Origin: Leptospiraceae bacterium
Lineage (GTDB): Bacteria > Spirochaetota > Leptospiria > Leptospirales > Leptospiraceae
Assembly: GCA_947458405.1 (NCBI GenBank)
Contig: CANGZW010000008.1
Span: forward strand, 4,523-68,522
Direction: 5' to 3'
DNA: 64,000 nt
Under the pieces are notes generated by a model, which did no database searches, was not told the DNA's origin, and saw only the letters and a list, made by a program, of their open reading frames with translations. The position numbers and the translations under genes are program-made. Positions 59,435-64,000 of this stretch are shown piece after piece. The number at the start of each line of letters is the position of its first letter. Position 1 is the stretch's first letter.

Positions 59435-61444
59435 ATGCAAAAAAGAAAAATCCTAGTAACTTCTGCCTTACCCTATGCTAATGGGTCCATTCATTTAGGA
59501 CATCTTTTAGAAGCAATTCAAACAGATATATATGTTCGATTTCAAAAAGCCATTGGTAATGAATGCTATTATTTTTGTGCGGATGATACTCACGGAACAC
59601 CTGTTATGTTGGCGGCAAAAAAAGAAGGTATCACGCCTGAAAAGTTAGTAGAAAGAATTAAGGAAGAGCACTATACAGATCTTGTATCTTTTTATATACT
59701 TTATGATAATTATCATTCTACAAATACTCCAGAAAATAAATATTATTCAGAAGATATTTATAATAAACTAAAATCCAAAAATCATATTTCAGAGAGAGAG
59801 ATTGAACAATCTTATTGCAATTATGATAAAATGTTTCTACCGGATAGATTTATAAAGGGGACCTGCCCTAAGTGTAGTACTAAAGATCAATATGGAGATG
59901 GTTGCGAATCATGCGGTAGTACATATTCTCCCAAAGATTTAATTGATTCCAAGTGTGTAATATGTAATAATACCCCTACATTAAAAAAATCTAAACACCT
60001 TTTCTTTAAACTAGCTGATTTTGAAGTTCAACTTAAAAAGTGGATGGAAGAGGGAAATCATATTGATTCTGGAGTAAAAAAGAAGCTTTCGGAATGGTTT
60101 CTAGAAGGATTACAAGAATGGGATATTTCAAGGGATGGTCCGTATTTTGGTTTTCAGATTCCGGGCGAAATTGATAAATATTTTTATGTTTGGTTGGATG
60201 CACCAATTGGTTATATGGCATCTTCCAAAAATTACTTTGATAGAGTAGATAAAGAGAAATTTGACGAATTTTGGAAAAGTAAAGAGTATGAGATTGTTCA
60301 TTTTATAGGAAAAGATATTTTATATTTTCATGCTTTATTTTGGCCTGCTATGTTAATGGGAGCCGATTATAATACCCCTTCTAGAGTGAATGTTCATGGT
60401 TTCTTAATGGTAAATGGTGAAAAAATGTCTAAATCAAGAGGGACATTTATCAAAGGGGAAACATATAGAAAATACTTAGATCCAGAACATTATCGATTTT
60501 ACTTAGCTTCTAAACTCAATGATAGCATGGAAGACTTGGACTTAAATTTTTCAGACTTTATTTTAAAAATTAATTCAGATTTAATTGGAAATTTTGTAAA
60601 TATATTTTCAAGAGTGTCAACTTCTATTTTAGATAAGCTAGACAGAAGATTAGGAAACATAAATAGTGAAGGAGAAGTCTTAATCAATGAATGTATTTCA
60701 ATGAGAGATGAAATACAAAAATATTATGATTCCAGAAATTATTCCAAAGCAATAAGAGAAATAATGAAATTATCAGATTCAATAAATAAATATGTAAATG
60801 ATAATGCTCCTTGGAATCTAATTAAACAGGATAAAGAAAAAGCCAGAGAGGTAGTCACAAATACACTAAATGCGGGTAAAATTTTAGCAATCTATTTAAA
60901 GCCTGTACTACCAATGATTACAGAAAGAATATTTAGAATTTTAGATATTAAAAATACTTCTTTTTTAGATATCAATGAAAAAATAGAAAATAAAGTGATT
61001 GGATTATATGAATTTCTCTCAGTGAGAGTTGATGAAAAAGCCGTAGAAAAAATGATAGAGGAAAATAAAGTGTCTGACATAGAAAAAAAAGAAGAGAAAA
61101 CTCCAATTAACGAAAATGGATTAATAAAAATTGAAGACCTTTCAAAAGTAGAATTAAGGGTTGGATTGATTATAGAAGCATTGGATGTAGTAGGAGCTGA
61201 TAAATTAGTAAATGTAAAGGTTGATTTAGGTGAAAAAGGAATTAAAAATGTTTTTGCCGGAATTAAATCATCCTATAAACCCGAAGAGCTTAAAGGAATG
61301 AGTGTAGTTGTTGTCGCCAATTTAGAACCCAGAAAAATGAAATTTGGTATCTCAGAAGCAATGTTATTAGCCGTGGGTAAAGATGATACACTTTCTTTAT
61401 TTATTCCCCATAGAGGTGCAAATCCGGGAGATCTCTTAAAATAA
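59435..61444 (+). CDS. metG: Methionine--tRNA ligase with C-terminal tRNA-binding (Trbp111/EMAPII-like) domain
   Basis: HIGH-type motif GSIHLGHLLE, KMSKS, zinc knuckles CPKC..CESC, and a C-terminal VELRVGLIIEA...VVANLEPRKMKFGISEAML. Confidence 0.92.
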   Translation: MQKRKILVTSALPYANGSIHLGHLLEAIQTDIYVRFQKAIGNECYYFCADDTHGTPVMLAAKKEGITPEKLVERIKEEHYTDLVSFYILYDNYHSTNTPENKYYSEDIYNKLKSKNHISEREIEQSYCNYDKMFLPDRFIKGTCPKCSTKDQYGDGCESCGSTYSPKDLIDSKCVICNNTPTLKKSKHLFFKLADFEVQLKKWMEEGNHIDSGVKKKLSEWFLEGLQEWDISRDGPYFGFQIPGEIDKYFYVWLDAPIGYMASSKNYFDRVDKEKFDEFWKSKEYEIVHFIGKDILYFHALFWPAMLMGADYNTPSRVNVHGFLMVNGEKMSKSRGTFIKGETYRKYLDPEHYRFYLASKLNDSMEDLDLNFSDFILKINSDLIGNFVNIFSRVSTSILDKLDRRLGNINSEGEVLINECISMRDEIQKYYDSRNYSKAIREIMKLSDSINKYVNDNAPWNLIKQDKEKAREVVTNTLNAGKILAIYLKPVLPMITERIFRILDIKNTSFLDINEKIENKVIGLYEFLSVRVDEKAVEKMIEENKVSDIEKKEEKTPINENGLIKIEDLSKVELRVGLIIEALDVVGADKLVNVKVDLGEKGIKNVFAGIKSSYKPEELKGMSVVVVANLEPRKMKFGISEAMLLAVGKDDTLSLFIPHRGANPGDLLK

Positions 61445-61503
61445 TTTGAATTTTTGTTTATTATTTTATAATTATTAAAAAATATTTTAATGTATTAAGT
61501 CAT

Positions 61504-63627
61504 ATGATAAATTTATTATTTTTTATTAATATATTTTTTTTTATATCTTTTGATTTAAAGTCAGAAGCTATAAACTTATTATATTATAATAAATATGTGA
61601 AAATTAATAATAATATTCAATCTACAATCCCTTCAAATAATAAAGAAACTAATAATCATTATATATTTGAGAATGGTATAAAGGATTCAAGATTTTTAAA
61701 TTATAATTATAGAGAAAATGGAATTGATGTATCTAAAAAAATATTATTTTTAAAGAAAGGTTCTTCTATTGAATTTATTATAGAGAAAAATCTTAATCAT
61801 AAGATATTTTATCAATATAAAGATAATCAAAAAGTTAGTTTTTATCTAAATGAGAAATTAATAAATAATGATATTTTAATATCAAATAACATTGAAAATA
61901 GAATTAAAATATTTGCTGATACAGATGTGGTAATTAGTAATTTGTATATAAATCCATTAGAAAGTATTAATAATACCAAAGATTTAGTATTTATTGTAAT
62001 AGATTCACTTAGAGGTGATGTTCCCGGTTTTAATGGAGGTAGTTTTCTTTCTACTCCTAATTTAGATGAATTTTCTAAAGAAACTTATGTATTTCAAAAA
62101 CACCTAGTCAATTCTTCATGGACCCGCCCCTCAACATTGATTTTTTTTACAGGAATATACCCATCTAAATCATTTATTAATTTTTGGGATTATCCTGTTT
62201 TTAAAAATGAAAAAGATGCTTTTTATTCATCATCAATTAAATCATTACCTGTCATACTTGCTGAAAAAGGGTATAGAACAATTTTAATAGGAAATAATCC
62301 ATTTTTTACCGATCATAGATATATAGGTGTAGACATTGGATTTGAAGAAGTATATGAGTTTTCTTTTTTAGATAAGGATACACCCTTAATTACCTCTAAA
62401 TTTCATAAATTTTGGGATAATAAAAATAATGATAAACGACCCATTTTTTTATTTTTAAATTACAACGATCCCCATAAACCCTATGAACCTCCCTATGAAT
62501 TCAGGCAAAAAGTAAAGGCTCCCTTTAATACCGATGCAAGAAAAATTGACTATTTAGGAGAAGTGGCCTATGTAGATTCAGAAATTTCTACTATATTAAA
62601 AAAAATTAAATTAACAGGAAATTATGAAAATACTATGATATTGGTAACTTCTGATCATGGTGAGGTTATGAATCCAAATCATGCTAAATCCAAATTTACA
62701 GATGTATATACATTATTTGGGCATGGTCAGGGATTATATGAAGAAGATATACATACTCCTTTATTGATAAAAATTCCGGAAAAACAAGTTAGTAAAAAAA
62801 TTAATTTAGTATCACGAAGTATTGATTTATACCCCACAATATTAGACTATCTAAATATAGAAATAAAAAATCCTATTGATGGGATTAGTTTAAGACCCAT
62901 TATTGAAGGTGTGGAAACTACAGAAAGAGACTACTATGGAGAATCGAGGGGAGTTAAAGGAGTGAGAAAAAGTGGTTTCAAATTTATGAAAAAAACTTAT
63001 GAGTATCACAGAGAAGGGCCTGCATGGGATGGAAGAGTAGGCAAGGAAGAGTCTTATTTATTTAATTTAAAAGAAGATCCAAATGAATTACAACCTATCC
63101 AAAATAAAAATGTAGAAATAGAATTAATGAAAGATTTTAATAAAGGAAATCAATCTAAAAATTTATATTTTATAAGAATTAATAATAAAAATAGTAAAAA
63201 AAAAGAAATTAAATTAACATTACAAACATCCTATGGTAGTATCAAAAAAGAAGATTCAAACAGTGAATCTTTTTTAGAAAAATACCATACAGAAAATATT
63301 ATTATAAATGATGGGGAAATTATAGAAAAATCATTTTCTGTATATCCTGATGTCTTAATTCCCAATATATCAGTTTTAATTGAAAACAGATACCCCTTAA
63401 AAGGAGAGTTTGGAGTAGGAGAATTTGATTTATTTCCTAAAAATTGTAGTATTATAAATTTAGAATGTTTAGATTTGTACACTTCTTCACCTAAAGGACC
63501 CAAAAGTGTAAATAAATTTAGAGTACAAATATGGGTAACACAAGCAGGGAAAAAATTATCAAATGAAAAAGTTTTACTTGAGAAAGAAGCAATAGATATA
63601 TTAAAAAGGCAGGGATATATACAATGA
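61504..63627 (+). CDS. Sulfatase-like hydrolase/transferase (alkaline phosphatase superfamily), Thr-type nucleophile position
   Basis: VFIVIDSLRGD, SSWTRPSTLIFFTGIYP, TSDHGE and GHGQGLYE motifs. Extra domains of ~160 aa (N-terminal) and ~200 aa (C-terminal) flank the core, and there is a signal-like N-terminus. Confidence 0.7.
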   Translation: MINLLFFINIFFFISFDLKSEAINLLYYNKYVKINNNIQSTIPSNNKETNNHYIFENGIKDSRFLNYNYRENGIDVSKKILFLKKGSSIEFIIEKNLNHKIFYQYKDNQKVSFYLNEKLINNDILISNNIENRIKIFADTDVVISNLYINPLESINNTKDLVFIVIDSLRGDVPGFNGGSFLSTPNLDEFSKETYVFQKHLVNSSWTRPSTLIFFTGIYPSKSFINFWDYPVFKNEKDAFYSSSIKSLPVILAEKGYRTILIGNNPFFTDHRYIGVDIGFEEVYEFSFLDKDTPLITSKFHKFWDNKNNDKRPIFLFLNYNDPHKPYEPPYEFRQKVKAPFNTDARKIDYLGEVAYVDSEISTILKKIKLTGNYENTMILVTSDHGEVMNPNHAKSKFTDVYTLFGHGQGLYEEDIHTPLLIKIPEKQVSKKINLVSRSIDLYPTILDYLNIEIKNPIDGISLRPIIEGVETTERDYYGESRGVKGVRKSGFKFMKKTYEYHREGPAWDGRVGKEESYLFNLKEDPNELQPIQNKNVEIELMKDFNKGNQSKNLYFIRINNKNSKKKEIKLTLQTSYGSIKKEDSNSESFLEKYHTENIIINDGEIIEKSFSVYPDVLIPNISVLIENRYPLKGEFGVGEFDLFPKNCSIINLECLDLYTSSPKGPKSVNKFRVQIWVTQAGKKLSNEKVLLEKEAIDILKRQGYIQ

Positions 63628-64000
63628 ATAATTTACCACTAAAAGGGGTTAAAGTTTTAGATTTAAGCGTACTATTACCGGGACCATTGTGTTCTATGTA
63701 TCTCGCAGACTTAGGGGCTGAGGTTATTAAGGTAGAAAATCCTAGAGCGGCAGACGGCACAAGATACATGTTTAAATCAGATTCGGGAGTTCCCGGTCTT
63801 TATTTGATGTTAAATAGAAATAAAAAAGCCATTACTATCAACCTAAAAAGAAAGGAATCAATTGATATAATCTATAAATTATTAGAAAATACTGATATTC
63901 TTCTGGAAGGATTTAGACCCACGGCTATGAGTGAAATGGGTTTGGGGTATGAAGAGCTCTCCAAAAAATTTCCCCGTTTAATTTACTGTGGTATCTCAGG
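63624..64000 (+). CDS. CoA-transferase family III (CaiB/BaiF / racemase-like), 5' partial at window edge
   Basis: Not in the ORF track because no stop is reached. My translation is MNNLPLKGVKVLDLSVLLPGPLCSMYLADLGAEVIKVENPRAADGTRYM...LLEGFRPTAMSEMGLGYEEL, a classic family III N-terminus. ATGA overlap with the sulfatase-like gene. Confidence 0.75.
   Translation, partial: MNNLPLKGVKVLDLSVLLPGPLCSMYLADLGAEVIKVENPRAADGTRYMFKSDSGVPGLYLMLNRNKKAITINLKRKESIDIIYKLLENTDILLEGFRPTAMSEMGLGYEELSKKFPRLIYCGIS

Overview
This is an AT-rich window (roughly 30% G+C by eye, not computed) that is densely coding, with about 60 genes and many 1-4 nt overlapping junctions. It looks like core chromosome of a spirochaete, most like a Leptospira-type organism. 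That placement is an inference from a spirochaete-style FlgE N-terminus, a DNPR (meso-DAP type) MurE, a tRNA-Ile/tRNA-Ala pair not linked to rRNA, many STAS, class III cyclase and HD-GYP signalling genes, and frequent TTG starts. All family calls are motif recognition from memory; no searches were run.

Gene order:
- leuA, glpD, a globin-like gene and an acyl-CoA ligase.
- A very AT-rich islet of orphan regulators and unknowns (5.5-9.1 kb).
- slt, a PduO-type adenosyltransferase, a POT transporter and cysK.
- A ~13 kb co-directional minus-strand array: flgB-flgC-fliE, lipoprotein, rsmH-ftsL-murE-mraY-ftsW-murG-murC, tRNA-Ile, tRNA-Ala, aromatic-repeat protein, mlaE-mlaF.
- Divergent fliK-flgD-flgE, then a GAF/HD-GYP protein.
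- SDR epimerase and vWA, lipocalin, cheR-ddl, a BrnA-like orphan, folC.
- dedA, aminotransferase, murI, purM.
- DUF167, then a STAS gene coupled to a J-domain gene.
- A GT-C-like membrane protein, a class III cyclase and an SDR, htpX.
- A PD40-like 11-repeat protein with acidic partners.
- A gldA/F/G-like ABC operon plus a DUF4340-like gene.
- metG, a sulfatase-like protein, and a partial CoA-transferase.

I saw no rRNA, CRISPR array, transposase, integrase or phage genes. I did not find a self-evident complete new system.

Strongest candidates for follow-up:
1. An MlaE/MlaF pair with no MCE component, translationally coupled instead to an unplaceable 480-aa aromatic-Pro repeat protein.
2. A cysteine-free spirochaete-type FlgE with Ser where the lysinoalanine-forming Cys is expected.
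3. A truncated-haemoglobin-like protein lacking the proximal His.
4. The AT-rich regulator islet, which has a U UUU UUA / T8 junction and an intergenic G8 tract.
5. A STAS gene overlapping a C-terminal J-domain gene.
6. A G7 tract inside a membrane glycosyltransferase-like gene.
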